In this document: one piece after another, positions 17,298-27,991 of the stretch
Layout of the letters: every line of letters begins with the position of its first letter
Numbering within the stretch: the stretch's first letter is position 1
Origin: an uncultured Acidimicrobiia bacterium
GTDB taxonomy: Bacteria > Actinomycetota > Acidimicrobiia > Spongiisociales > DATADW01
Reading direction: 5' to 3'
Assembly (NCBI GenBank): GCA_963826825.1
Contig: CAWGYV010000015.1
Span: forward strand, 11,339-75,338
DNA: 64,000 bases
Program-made: the position numbers and the translations under genes
The notes under the pieces: model-generated
What the model was told of the DNA's origin: nothing
Seen by the model: only the letters and a program-made list of their open reading frames with translations
The model's database searches: none

Positions 17298-20200
17298 TCA
17301 GTTAGCGAGGGTGATGGCCCTCGCCTCGTTGTTCGCCCTGGACCCACCCCGGTAGAGGAGGAGGATCCCCGTCTCGGTGTTGTTGGTGTCGGACTCCGTG
17401 TCGATCACCGTCATCGTGTCGGTTGCACCGGGGTCGAGCACGGTCAACCCGATCTCCCCGTTGGCGAAGTCGGCGATGAACCGTTCCCCGAGCGGGGCGA
17501 TGGTGATCCCGTCGATCTCGTCACCGGGTCCTTCGAAGTAGAAGTCCTCGGCGATGGCGGTCACGTCCATCGGCTGACCGAAGTTGGTGGCGTTGAGCCC
17601 CACCTGCTCGCCGCAGAACAGCAGCACCGTATTGGCGCTGTTGGTCTGGTGATCGGTGAAGAAGAACGCCTCGGCGTCCCCGGTCTCCACGTTCACCGTC
17701 CAGGTGACGTTCCTCCCGTCGCCCAGATCGCTGAACGTGAGATCCCGATTGAGCACGATGTAGTCGTCGGTCCCGTCCTGGTCGGTGTCGAGCACGAACC
17801 AGAAGGACGCTGGAGCATTGGCATGCGTCTGTCGCTCCCAGGTGTTGACGGCGAACGCCATGACGAACGAATCGACGTCGCTGCAGAACCCGGCTGGGAC
17901 CGGGAAGGTGCTGTAGCCGATGCGATGGAAGTCGGGTGTGGGGCTGTTCTCGCCGCGACCTCCTTCTGGGAGGTCCTCGCTGGTTGCGATCAGCGAGTAC
18001 GCCTCGACCGTCTGGGTGCCGACCCCATTGTTGGTCAACGAGTAATCGGGGCCTGCCTTCCGAACCGAGACGTCACCCGACTTGCGGGGAAGCACATGCC
18101 AGGGGAGATGGAGGCTGCCGTTCGAGCTTTCCATCACCAGATAGCCGTCGTACTCGAGGTCGGTGATCGGCCCGGAGTCGGCGCCGCCTGCACCCGAGTC
18201 GGCAGACCAGTCGGCCAACGCCGAACCGTCGATCGTGATGGTGACGTCGAACAGCGCTTGGCCTCGAGCCGGAACCGTGACCGATCCGGGTGCACTCACC
18301 GAGACCGCCCCCGAGGCAGCGTCGTTCTCGAACCGGAACTGGGGTGTCACCGAGTAGGTCGTGGCGGAGTCACTGAAGTTCCTCACCAGCACCCGCCGAG
18401 TGAGAGTCCTCGTCGAGGTCACGTCCACCAGCCCGAACGAAAGCGCACCACGGGTCTTGGCGTCCCACGCTGCTCCTGCTGCCTCGATGGCACGGTCGAC
18501 CCGCACCTCACCGCCGCCGATCCGGGCGATCGGCGCCAGATCGGCACCCAGCGCCGTCGGACCGTTGAAGATCTCGGTCTCGGCGGTGTTGACCAGCGAG
18601 TTCTTCAGGTCCATGGCAGTCCGGCGCGGGAAGGCGTCGAGCAGCAGGGCTGCCGAGCCGGTCACCATCGGGGTCGCCCCCGACGTGCCGCCGAACGGCC
18701 CTTCCTCGGCACCGCTGCCGGCGATGGCCGAGACCGACTCACCGGGAGCCCCGATCTCCGGCTTGGCGATGATCGACCGCATCGCCGGGCCCCGTGACGA
18801 CGAGCCGACCATGGTGCCCACCAGCGGGATCCCCACCGACGGGTCGATGAGGATGGTGACGCCCTGGTCGATGCCGCTCTTGAAGATCTCTGAGGTGTCC
18901 TGGCTGACCATGTATCCGGGGATGTCGATTGGGCGGTCGCCACCGTCAGCCCCGGCGAAGGGCTCACCCGGAGCAACCAGTCCGATGATCCCGGCGATGC
19001 CACCTCCCTGGCTGATATTGGAGATCTTGAGGGTGAAGTTGCAGTCACCCCGATCGACCAGGACGATCAGACCGGTCAGTGATCCGGCGGCGAAGGGGTC
19101 GCAACCGAGGAGGTTGCCACCCGCCCCGTCCCCGTATTGGAGTGGGCCTTCTATGGGAGCCGTGGGCGCCACAGACCACGGCTGGAACACGGCGGTGTAG
19201 TCGCCTGCAATCTCCGGTGGCGTGAGCACCTGGAGCACCGGAAGTACGGCCGACGGCATGTTGGTCTGCGCCACCGCCAGCGCCGACGGCGTTGCGCCAG
19301 GTGTGTCGAGAACGTACGGCTTGTCGGCACCGTTGCCGGCGGCGGCGACGGTGAGGATCCCTGCCCGCGTCGTGTTCTCAACTGCGAGCGACAGGTCGTC
19401 GTCGAAGGCCTGGCCATAGACCGAGCCGAGCGACATGTTGACGATGTCGACCCGGTCACGGGTATCACCGTTCCCGTCGGGGTCGAGCACCCAGTCCATC
19501 GCCTGGAGAAGCGCCACACCCGAGCATGAGGTCGACTGTGAGGCGCACACCTTGAGTGCGTAGAGGTCGACGCCTGGGGCCACGCCGTTGCTCCCACCTG
19601 CGATGTGAGCGACATGGGTGCCGTGTCCCTCGAAATCGATCGGGTCGGGGTCAGGGGCGAGCGGCGGCGTCTCGTCGCCGCCTACCCAGAACTCGCCGAC
19701 GAAGTCGAAGCCCCCCACCACGCGCTCGGTGGGAAACAGACCGTCGGTCGTCGTGTTGAGGGGGTCCTCGGGCGACGTCCCGTACGCCTCCTCGTATGCC
19801 TCTACGGTCCCCGCCCCTCCGAAGGCGGCGTGGGTGTAGTCGACCCCGGAGTCGAGGACGGCCACCTTCACACCGCTGCCGTCGAACCCGAGGTCCTGCA
19901 CAGCCGATGCGCCGATGTAGGGAACGGTCTCGGACAACGCCATCTCGTAGTCACGCACCCTGGCGATGGAGACCACACGGTCGTCGGCGGCGAGCGCCTC
20001 GAGCGAGGCGGCATCGACCTCGACCACAACCGCGTTGACCGCGCTTCTCGTGGTGGCGAGCGTGGCGAGGCTCGGATCGATCGAGCGAGCCGTGCTCAGG
20101 AACCCGGTCTGCTCGGCGGTCACGCGCCTGCCCTGGGCTCGCTGCTCGGCGGCGGTGCCATCGGCGGCGGCCACGAGTGAAACTGGGCGGGCACTCAGCC

Positions 20201-20411
20201 TGATGCTGACTGCCACCTCGCCGCCTGCTCCGAGGAGCGATGGGTCGAGCTTCCCGATGGCCGATGCGTCTACGCGGGACGGTTGGTCCAGTCGAAGCGA
20301 GTCGAGTCGGTCAGGTTGAGAACGCTCGGCGCCCTGCTGTGCCGCCGCCGGGATGGCGAGCCCTACGAGCGCCGCCAGCGCCGCGAGAGCTACGAAGAAT
20401 CGTCGCACCAC
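17298..20411 (-). CDS. secreted S8 subtilisin-like serine protease with propeptide, PA-domain insert and long Fn3-like/C-terminal region (paralog A)
   Basis: Catalytic triad contexts VAVLDSGVDYTH, HGTHVAHIAGG and GGTSGATPMVTGSAALL. GTG at 20411 is 5 nt after AGGGGAG and gives the signal peptide VVRRFFVALAALAALVGLAIPAAAQ. Confidence 0.9.
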   Translation of the reverse strand: MVRRFFVALAALAALVGLAIPAAAQQGAERSQPDRLDSLRLDQPSRVDASAIGKLDPSLLGAGGEVAVSIRLSARPVSLVAAADGTAAEQRAQGRRVTAEQTGFLSTARSIDPSLATLATTRSAVNAVVVEVDAASLEALAADDRVVSIARVRDYEMALSETVPYIGASAVQDLGFDGSGVKVAVLDSGVDYTHAAFGGAGTVEAYEEAYGTSPEDPLNTTTDGLFPTERVVGGFDFVGEFWVGGDETPPLAPDPDPIDFEGHGTHVAHIAGGSNGVAPGVDLYALKVCASQSTSCSGVALLQAMDWVLDPDGNGDTRDRVDIVNMSLGSVYGQAFDDDLSLAVENTTRAGILTVAAAGNGADKPYVLDTPGATPSALAVAQTNMPSAVLPVLQVLTPPEIAGDYTAVFQPWSVAPTAPIEGPLQYGDGAGGNLLGCDPFAAGSLTGLIVLVDRGDCNFTLKISNISQGGGIAGIIGLVAPGEPFAGADGGDRPIDIPGYMVSQDTSEIFKSGIDQGVTILIDPSVGIPLVGTMVGSSSRGPAMRSIIAKPEIGAPGESVSAIAGSGAEEGPFGGTSGATPMVTGSAALLLDAFPRRTAMDLKNSLVNTAETEIFNGPTALGADLAPIARIGGGEVRVDRAIEAAGAAWDAKTRGALSFGLVDVTSTRTLTRRVLVRNFSDSATTYSVTPQFRFENDAASGAVSVSAPGSVTVPARGQALFDVTITIDGSALADWSADSGAGGADSGPITDLEYDGYLVMESSNGSLHLPWHVLPRKSGDVSVRKAGPDYSLTNNGVGTQTVEAYSLIATSEDLPEGGRGENSPTPDFHRIGYSTFPVPAGFCSDVDSFVMAFAVNTWERQTHANAPASFWFVLDTDQDGTDDYIVLNRDLTFSDLGDGRNVTWTVNVETGDAEAFFFTDHQTNSANTVLLFCGEQVGLNATNFGQPMDVTAIAEDFYFEGPGDEIDGITIAPLGERFIADFANGEIGLTVLDPGATDTMTVIDTESDTNNTETGILLLYRGGSRANNEARAITLAN

Positions 20412-20495
20412 GATGTCTCCCCTCTTGTCGAGTAGCTCCGATCCCACCCCGACCGGCAGGTCAACCATATAAGGGGGGCAGGACATAAGCACGAC

Positions 20496-20523
20496 GAAGG
20501 GGCCGGAATTCTCCGGCCCCTTC
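20496..20523. terminator. perfect 12-bp stem / 4-nt loop hairpin downstream of protease B
   Basis: GAAGGGGCCGGA-ATTC-TCCGGCCCCTTC, read directly. It lies 23 nt beyond the stop at 20546 and upstream of the protease A promoter region. Confidence 0.7.
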
Positions 20524-20545
20524 GATAGTCAGTGTGCGCTGCGGC

Positions 20546-23500
20546 TCAGCGGATACGAATCAGATCTGCCTGCCTCGCACCAGAGCGGTTCTCGGCGTAC
20601 ACCACCATCCATCCCTTGACCGGGGTATCGGCAAGCTGGTCGTCGTCGACCGCTGCCGTCCAGTCAATTGACTCCCCGGGAGCCAGCTCGGCGAAGCCGC
20701 CCGTCTCCACCGGCTGGGTGAAGGCGTTGAAGCCAGCCACCCCGTTGACGAGGTCATCGCCGAGGTCCTCCAGCGAGAACACACCCGCCTGGTAGTCGAA
20801 CTCCTCGGTGGCGCCCGCCTCGAGCCCGACGTCGGAGAGGAGAAATGGCAGGAGCACGACCGAGCTATTGAGCCCTCCACCCGCCAGGAAGGCGCTTATG
20901 GCGTCGCCCGTGGCCAGGTCGATGGTGATCGACGCCAGCGTTCCGTTGAACACGCCTGCCGTGAATGCGCCCAGGTCGTAACCCATCACCGCGTAGTCGG
21001 CGTCACCGTCGCCCGTGGTGTCGAGCAGAACGTCCCACTCGTTCACCGCAGGGTTGGAGACGGTGCTGAACGTCTGGATGCTGAAGACCCCGAAGTCGTC
21101 ATCGGGGAATGACTGCACTCCGACGGCCCGCACGTCGGTGGTCAGGGCGTCACCCTTGAGGTCGGTCAGACCCCAGGCGTAGACGTCGAGCGTCCCTGTG
21201 GCGCCTGCTGAGTTGGTGCTGGTGAGCTCGACCACGTCGGCCGCGGTCACCACCTTGGGCGTAGTCGAGATCGACGACACTCCTCGCACCACCTCGACGA
21301 ACGGAACCCGCAGAGCCGGAGCGTCGCCCGAGGTCGGTGTCAGCACAATGTTCCCCGCCGCGGTTTGCCATCCGGGTGGGACCGATGCGGCGTCAACCGA
21401 CAGTGTGACCTGGACCGATGCCTTGCCACCTGCCGGCACCGAGACGCTCGCCGCCGAGAAGCTCGCCGTGGCGTTGCCGGATGCGTCGGTGTTGAACTCG
21501 GGGCTCAACGAGTAGGTGGCTGTGCTGGCCCCGTTGTTGAACAGGGTGATCGTCCGGGTCTTATCGACGGTCCCGGTCGACTGGACCAGCCCGTAGGACA
21601 GGCCGCCACCGTGGGGGTTACCCATGGCCACGACCTCGGTAGCCACCGCGTCGACCGGTTGGACCACGCCTGACCCAGCCCTGGTGGTCTCGTAGCCGAT
21701 CATCTTCGACGGATCGGCGGTGTTGATGATCGCGGCCTTGATCTGGTTGACCCGCCAGCGCGGATGCGCCTGCCGCACAAGTGCGCCGATCCCGGCGACG
21801 TGCGGTGAGGCCATCGAGGTGCCTGAGATCTGTGCCGATCCCGTACCCGACCCGACCAGGGTCGAGATGATGCTCACCCCGGGGGCGATGACATCTGGCT
21901 TCTGGGCGCTGTCGCCATTGCGCGGACCACCCGAGCTGAAGTCGGCGAACCCGGTGTAATTGGGGTTGGGGACCTCGCCTGCGTCTTCGACGGTCACCGA
22001 CTGTCCAGCGGACGCCAGGACCGCCTCCTCGTCGGAGAGCATGGCGCCGAGGAACGGGATGGTCACGCCGGCGATCGCACCCTCGTACGGTGGGAAGCTG
22101 TCGGCGTTGTTGATCATCACCACTGCAGCGGCTCCGGCTGCCTGACCGAGGATCGCTCGGTCCACCCGGGCGCACACACCGCGGTAGGTGACGGCAATGT
22201 CACCGGGTTGCACCGCGGCGTAGTCGCTGGCTGCACAACCGAGCGATTCGTCGACATCGGCCGTGTCCGGATCATCCTCCAGCACCACGACGGTGCCGGT
22301 CACCGGCAGAGCGGTGGACCCGTTCGAGTTCTGCATGTCGATCGTTCCCGCGGGGGCGATGAAGTCGACGTGCGGGGTGCCTTCGATGGTGTCCATCGCC
22401 GCCACAGAGAGCGCGCCGGATCCGGTGCCCGGCGAGCCTGTGATGTAGCGACCCGGGCCCGAGTTGCCCGCCGAAGTGACCACGACGACACCGGCAATGG
22501 CGGCATTGGTCGCTGCCACTGCTGACGGGTCGTTGGACCGCCCGAATGCCGACCCGAGGCTCATGTTGATCACGTCGAGGTCGTTCTCGACCGCCCATTC
22601 GATGGCGTCGACGGTGACATCGGTAGACCCGTCGCATCCGAAGACCTTGAGGGCGTACAGAGTGGCCTCGGGGGCGACACCGGGTCCGACAAGGAAGGTG
22701 TTGGTGTGGGTGGTTCCGTCATATGGCCCGGCGAAGGTGCTCCCATCGGTGAGAACCCCCATCCCGGCGGCGGAGCCGGCCACATGCGAGCCATGCCCGT
22801 TGCAGTCGAGCGGGTCCGGATCTGGCTTTGGCGTGTTCAGTGCCGGGTCGTCGCTCGAGGCGTCGTACTCGTTCCCGACGAAGTCATAGCCACCCGCCAC
22901 CTTGACCGTAGGGAAGGTCCCCGGCTCGATCACCGTGGGGTCGTCGGCCGCGTAGTCGGCCGGGTCGCCCGATCCACCGAAGTTGGCGTGGTAGTAGTCG
23001 ATCCCGGTGTCGATGACGGCGACGGTGATGCCCTGGCCGGTGAGGCCCAGGTCCTGCCATACCGAGGGGACCTCGAGGAAGGGGACCGAATTGGCGTTGG
23101 TCGGGGTGTGCCGCTCGATGTGCCTGATCGCCTTGACGTTGGCGAGAACCCGGAGTTCTCCCACTTTGGAGGCGGCGATGCGGACCCGCATCCCGTTGTA
23201 GGCATCCTGCAGTTGCGACTGGACGACGCCACCGAGACGGCGGATCGAGGGAGCTATGGCGTCCTGCCTGGCCTTCAGGCCGGAGCGGTGTGCTGCCCGC
23301 TGCGCGTTGCTCAACTGGCCGCCCTCGGCGATCGCCTTGCCTTGCTCGACGGCCACCGGCGCCCCGGTCATCTCCACCATGACCGTCACCATCCGGTTCG
23401 GGTCGGCGAGAGCCGGGAGAAGTTCGGTGTCGATCCCGGCGAGCGACACCTCTTCAAAACGACGGTCAGGCGCCTCTTGGGCCCCGACCGGGAGCGCTGC

Positions 23501-23548
23501 ACCCGCTACGAGAGCAGCAGCTACCAGGAACACGATCAGTCTCCGCAC
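20546..23548 (-). CDS. secreted S8 subtilisin-like serine protease with propeptide, PA-domain insert and long C-terminal region (paralog B)
   Basis: VAVIDTGIDYYH, HGSHVAGSAAG and SGTSMASPHVAGIGALV. GTG at 23548 is 5 nt after GAGGAGGAG and gives the signal peptide VRRLIVFLVAAALVAGAALPVGAQE. Confidence 0.9.
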   Translation of the reverse strand: MRRLIVFLVAAALVAGAALPVGAQEAPDRRFEEVSLAGIDTELLPALADPNRMVTVMVEMTGAPVAVEQGKAIAEGGQLSNAQRAAHRSGLKARQDAIAPSIRRLGGVVQSQLQDAYNGMRVRIAASKVGELRVLANVKAIRHIERHTPTNANSVPFLEVPSVWQDLGLTGQGITVAVIDTGIDYYHANFGGSGDPADYAADDPTVIEPGTFPTVKVAGGYDFVGNEYDASSDDPALNTPKPDPDPLDCNGHGSHVAGSAAGMGVLTDGSTFAGPYDGTTHTNTFLVGPGVAPEATLYALKVFGCDGSTDVTVDAIEWAVENDLDVINMSLGSAFGRSNDPSAVAATNAAIAGVVVVTSAGNSGPGRYITGSPGTGSGALSVAAMDTIEGTPHVDFIAPAGTIDMQNSNGSTALPVTGTVVVLEDDPDTADVDESLGCAASDYAAVQPGDIAVTYRGVCARVDRAILGQAAGAAAVVMINNADSFPPYEGAIAGVTIPFLGAMLSDEEAVLASAGQSVTVEDAGEVPNPNYTGFADFSSGGPRNGDSAQKPDVIAPGVSIISTLVGSGTGSAQISGTSMASPHVAGIGALVRQAHPRWRVNQIKAAIINTADPSKMIGYETTRAGSGVVQPVDAVATEVVAMGNPHGGGLSYGLVQSTGTVDKTRTITLFNNGASTATYSLSPEFNTDASGNATASFSAASVSVPAGGKASVQVTLSVDAASVPPGWQTAAGNIVLTPTSGDAPALRVPFVEVVRGVSSISTTPKVVTAADVVELTSTNSAGATGTLDVYAWGLTDLKGDALTTDVRAVGVQSFPDDDFGVFSIQTFSTVSNPAVNEWDVLLDTTGDGDADYAVMGYDLGAFTAGVFNGTLASITIDLATGDAISAFLAGGGLNSSVVLLPFLLSDVGLEAGATEEFDYQAGVFSLEDLGDDLVNGVAGFNAFTQPVETGGFAELAPGESIDWTAAVDDDQLADTPVKGWMVVYAENRSGARQADLIRIR

Positions 23549-23739
23549 CTGAGACTCCTCCTCAACAGTCGAAATGTGTTTCGCACCGTGCGGCTCCCCT
23601 AAACCCAAGCCACCCGGCGCTGGAACCCTAGCAACGAGCTTCTCGCTCGGCCCAAGTGGCATGAATCGGCTTTTCGGCTCGACAGGTTGAGAGAGCACCG
23701 GATGGGCGGGCCGATACATGTCCGTGCCATCCGGGTTGC

Positions 23740-26700
23740 GTGAGTCGTCAGGGAGCGGCCGGCATTACCGTTTCTTACGTGGCAGAGCTCACCACCAGCA
23801 CGCTGCTCTTCACGGACCTGGTGGCCTCCACCAACATCCGGGCGCGAGTGGGGGATGACGCCGCCGACCTGGTTCACGCCGACCACGACCGTGTTCTACG
23901 CGAGGCGCTCGAAGCCACTGGCGGACGAGAGGTGAAGACCCTCGGCGACGGACTCATGGCCGCCTTCGCCAGTGCCGCCGATGCCCTCACCGCAGCCATT
24001 CGGATCCAAGAGGGCATCGCCGCCCTCAACCAAGAGAAACCGGCCGTACCTCTCGCGGTGCGGGTCGGGGTCAACAGCGGGGAGGTCTCCCACGCTGATG
24101 GCGACTACTCGGGGTTGCCGGTGGTGGTGGCGCAGCGCGCCTGCGGGCGAGCGAAGGGTGGCCAGATCCTCATCACCGGGTTGGTTCGGTCCCTGGTGGG
24201 CTCGCGCCGCACATTTCGCTTTATCGCTCAGGGACCATTGGCCCTCAAGGGAGTGCCCGAGCCGGTGGATCTCTGGGAGCTGGACTGGCGGACGCCCGGA
24301 GATGCCATGCCTCCTGCGCCGGACGAGCCGATCCCCTTCCCCGCAGTGCTGGCACGCGCTGCGGTCACTTCGTTGGTCGGACGCGACGAGGCGCTGCAGC
24401 CGGCTCGACAAGGCGTTGGAGGAGGCCCAAAACGGGGAACAGCGGATGGTGTTGGTGTCCGGGGAGCCAGGTATCGGGAAGAGCGCGCTCGCCGCCGTTT
24501 GGGCGCTCCACGCTGCGCAGAGAGGGGCTCTGGTCCTGGCGGGCCGCAGCCCGGCCGAGGCGGTGACCTCGTATCAGCCGTTTGTCGAGGCGATCCGTCC
24601 GGTGGTAACGGCCCGACCCGGACTGATCGCCGGGACCGGACCACGAGCGCACATGCTGGTCCGGCTCTTCCCCGACATGGCGGAGCGGCTGCCCCGGTCC
24701 GAGGTGCAGGCCGACCCGAACACCGAGCGCTACCTGCTGTTCGAGGCGGTGGTGCGCGCTCCTCGGTCGGCTCGCCGAAGAAGTCCACTTTGGTTCTGGT
24801 CCTCGACGACCTCCACTGGGCGGATACGCCCTCGGTGGCGTTGCTCGAGCATCTCGCACGCCACCCTGACCAGCCGCCGCTGTTGGTGGTTGGCACGTAC
24901 CGGGACACCGATCTCAGCCGGTCACACCCTCTGGCCAGCACTCTCGGAGAGCTGCGACGGGAGCGACGCTTCGAGCGCATCACCCTCGACGGGCTCGATC
25001 CCACGCAAGTGAGTGAGCTCATCGCCAGCCTCACCGGGCGACCCGCCCCAGCAGACGTTGCGGCGTCGATCCATGCCGAGACCGAGGGAAATCCGTTCTT
25101 CGTTGAGGAGGTGGTGGCGCATCTGCGCGAGGCGGGCGCGCTCGATCCTTCAGGAGACTGGCGCTCTTCAGTCACCATCGAGGAGTGGGGCATACCCGAG
25201 GGATTGCGGGAGGTGATCGGACGGCGTCTGCAACGGCTGGAAGAGTCCGTTGCCCGTGTCCTCGGCTTGGCGGCGGTGATCGGGCGGGAGTTTGATCTCG
25301 ACCTGTTGGAGCAGGTCAGCGACGACCCCCCCGAGGTGGTGGAGGACGCTGTCGACCAGGCGGTTACCGCCCGGTTGGTCGTGGAGATCGGCGGGCCGCA
25401 TGGCCGATTCGCCTTCTCGCATGCCCTCATCCGGCAGACGCTCTACGAGGAGTTGCCTCCCACCCGCAGAATGCGAACCCACCGCCGGGTGGGCGATGTG
25501 CTCGCCTCTACCGGCTCGCCACCCGGTGAACTGGCGCATCACTGGACGGTGGGTCACGACCTGAGTCAGGCCTTGCAGGCCTCGCTGGCTGCGGCCACGG
25601 CCGCCGAGGAGGTATTCGCCTTCGACGACGCCCTGCGCCACCTCAAACTGGCACTGGAGATATGGGACGAGGTGAAGGACGCCGAGGAAGCGACTTCCAC
25701 CGACCACGTCGATGTGCTGCGGCGAGCCGCGGAGATGTGGTTCCTGACAGAGGCTGACGCCACGGCCATCGAGCTCATCGAGCAAGCCATCGCCGAGGTC
25801 GACGGCCGGAGAGACCCGGTCCGAGCCGGTTTGTTGCACGAACGGCTGGCCCGCTACTGCTGGGTGGCCGGCCGGGGAGCTGCCGCCCTGGCCGCCGGCG
25901 AGGAGGCGGTTCGCCTCATCCCGGCCTCCCCGGCTACCCGGGAGCGGGCCACCGTCATGGCGTCGGTGGCGGGGATGCTCAATCTGGTCGGCCACTACGA
26001 CGAGGCAGCGACGCTACGCCGAGGAGGTCATCTCCCTGGCGCGGATGGTGGGCGCCCGCAAGGTGGAGGGCCACGCCCTCACCACGCTGGGCTCGGTCGA
26101 GGGCGTCACCGGGAACCTGGCGCAAGGGATAGCGCACATCCGGGCGGGGCGGGAGCTGTCCGAGGCCGAATCGGCGGTCGACGACCTGATGCGCAGCTAC
26201 GCCAACGCATCTGTGATCCTCGACCGAGGTGGCGAGCTCCGGGAGGCGGCGGAGGAGGCGCTGGCTGGGGTGGAGCTGGAGGGGCGTCTCGGGCTCCACG
26301 GCAACTATGGGTTCTTTCACACGGCAAATGCCGCCGGGTCGCTGATACGCCTGGGAGATTGGGCGGAAGCAGTGCGGCTTCTCGACTTTGAGGTCCCACC
26401 CGGAGCGAGAGCGATTTCGCTGTTCAACGTGTTGTTTCAGCGGACGACTCTCGCCGTGAGGCAGGGCCGTTTCGAGGAGGCTGGCGCGCTCTACTCCCGG
26501 TGGAAGGAGGCGAGCCGTGAAGTGATCGACCCGCAGGTCGTTGCCCCCATCCACACCGTGGGAGCGGAGCTGGCGTTGTGGCAAGGCCGGTTCGAAGAGG
26601 GCCTGAGTCTGGTGCTGGAGGGGATCAAGCTGGTGGAGGGTACCGAGGACTGGTCTTACAGCCTCGCTCTATTCACCGTGGGTCTGGCCATATTGGCCGA

Positions 26701-27083
26701 GCTGGCGAGGGAGTCACCTGAAGATCTAGGGGCTTGGCACGACGAGGCCGGTCGCATCTGGGACCGGGCGGCACCTGCTCCTCCGCATAGTCCCGACATA
26801 CCTGCCCGAGTGGCAGAGTGCCGGGCCGAATTGGCCCGGGTCGAGGGTCGGATCGCGCCTGGATTGTGGGGCGATGTGGCGGCACTGTGGGACTGCCATT
26901 CCACAACCCTACGAAGGGGCGTACGCCCGCTTCCGCCAGGCGGAGGCGTTGGCAGACGCCGGCAGCCCGGCTGAGGCGGAAATCCTCTTGGAAGAGGCTC
27001 GAACCACGGTGCGCCGGCTGGGAGCACGCCCATTGGAGAGCCTGATCGACCAGCTTGCGGCGAGGTTCCAGTTGGAGCGCTGA
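23740..27083 (+). pseudogene. class III adenylate/guanylate cyclase - STAND/AAA ATPase - TPR regulator, interrupted by at least 5 frameshifts
   Basis: Cyclase motifs LLFTDLVASTNI, KTLGDGLMAAF and RVGVNSGEV. Walker A GEPGIGKS is in the frame of ORF 23972..25012. Walker B LVLVLDDLHWAD is back in the frame of ORF 23740..26391. The TPR-like C-terminus is in the frames of ORFs 26045..26974 and 26874..27083. Shift sites are near 24398, 24756, 24782, 26010 and 26895. GTG at 23779 is an alternative start. Confidence 0.8.
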
Positions 27084-27133
27084 AAGGTCGAGCGACCTGA
27101 ATATGCACAGGTGATCGATACGCTGAAATCACC

Positions 27134-27985
27134 ATGAACAACCTGAAGACCGTCGCCCTGCTCGGCTTTCTCAGCGCCCTCGTGGTGCTGGTCGCTCAGG
27201 TATTCGGACTGTCGGCTTGGGCCGGTCTCGGCATCGCCGCCGGGCTCAACCTTCTGATGTACTTCTTCTCGGACCGAATCGCCCTTGCCTCCAGCGGCGC
27301 CCGTCCCGTCACCGAGCAGCAGTTGCCCGAGGTGTACGCCGTCGTCCGCCGGCTGGCGGCGGCGCAAGGCATGCCGATGCCGACGATCTACCACATCAAC
27401 TCACCCCAGCCCAACGCTTTCGCCACCGGTCGCAGCCCGAGCCGAGCCGCGGTGGCCGTCACCTCCGGGATCCTCCAGACCATGGCACCTAGCGAGCTCG
27501 AGGGTGTCCTTGCCCACGAGTTGGCGCATGTGCGCAACCGGGACATCCTCATCTCGACGATCGCCGCCGTTCTGGCGGCAGCGCTGTCGGTGTTTGTCCG
27601 GTTTGGCTTCTTCTTCGGCGGGGGGCGGCGGGACGACTCGGGCAACCCGGTGGGGGCGATCCTCGCTCTGGCGAGCATCATCCTCGCCCCGCTCGCCGCC
27701 ATGCTGATCCGGCTCGCCATCTCCCGCGCCAGGGAGTACGAGGCCGACGCATCCGGCGCCCGCATCACTGGCGAGCCGCTGGCTCTTGCCTCGGCCCTGG
27801 AGAAGATCGGTATCGCCAGTGCCCGGATCCCGATGAACGTCAACCCGGCCTTCGCCGAGCTCTACATCGAAAACCCGGCGAAGGCGATCAACCGCCGAGG
27901 AATGACGCGGTTGTTCTCCACCCACCCGCCGATCGAGGACAGGATCCAGCGGCTGCGTGAAATGGCTTCGGCCTCCGCCAACTGA
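27134..27985 (+). CDS. htpX: M48 zinc metalloprotease HtpX
   Basis: 283 aa with N-terminal TM helices, HELAHVRNRD (HExxH), EYEAD, and a C-terminal PPIEDRIQRL typical of HtpX. Confidence 0.9.
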   Translation: MNNLKTVALLGFLSALVVLVAQVFGLSAWAGLGIAAGLNLLMYFFSDRIALASSGARPVTEQQLPEVYAVVRRLAAAQGMPMPTIYHINSPQPNAFATGRSPSRAAVAVTSGILQTMAPSELEGVLAHELAHVRNRDILISTIAAVLAAALSVFVRFGFFFGGGRRDDSGNPVGAILALASIILAPLAAMLIRLAISRAREYEADASGARITGEPLALASALEKIGIASARIPMNVNPAFAELYIENPAKAINRRGMTRLFSTHPPIEDRIQRLREMASASAN

Positions 27986-27991
27986 CCGGCC

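Noticed and set aside
20496-20523. The GAATTC-containing hairpin as a cloning or vector artefact
   Set aside because: The EcoRI site arises from the last stem base, the four loop bases and the first base of the 3' arm of a 12-bp GC-rich hairpin. The hairpin is placed exactly where a terminator is expected, and no vector-like flanks are present.
16710-27083. The S8 proteases plus STAND NTPase as an Avs-like antiphage defence module
   Set aside because: Both proteases have clear Sec signal peptides and propeptides, so they are extracellular enzymes. The STAND protein has a cyclase effector and a TPR sensor typical of actinobacterial regulators and is apparently inactivated. Nothing links them beyond adjacency.
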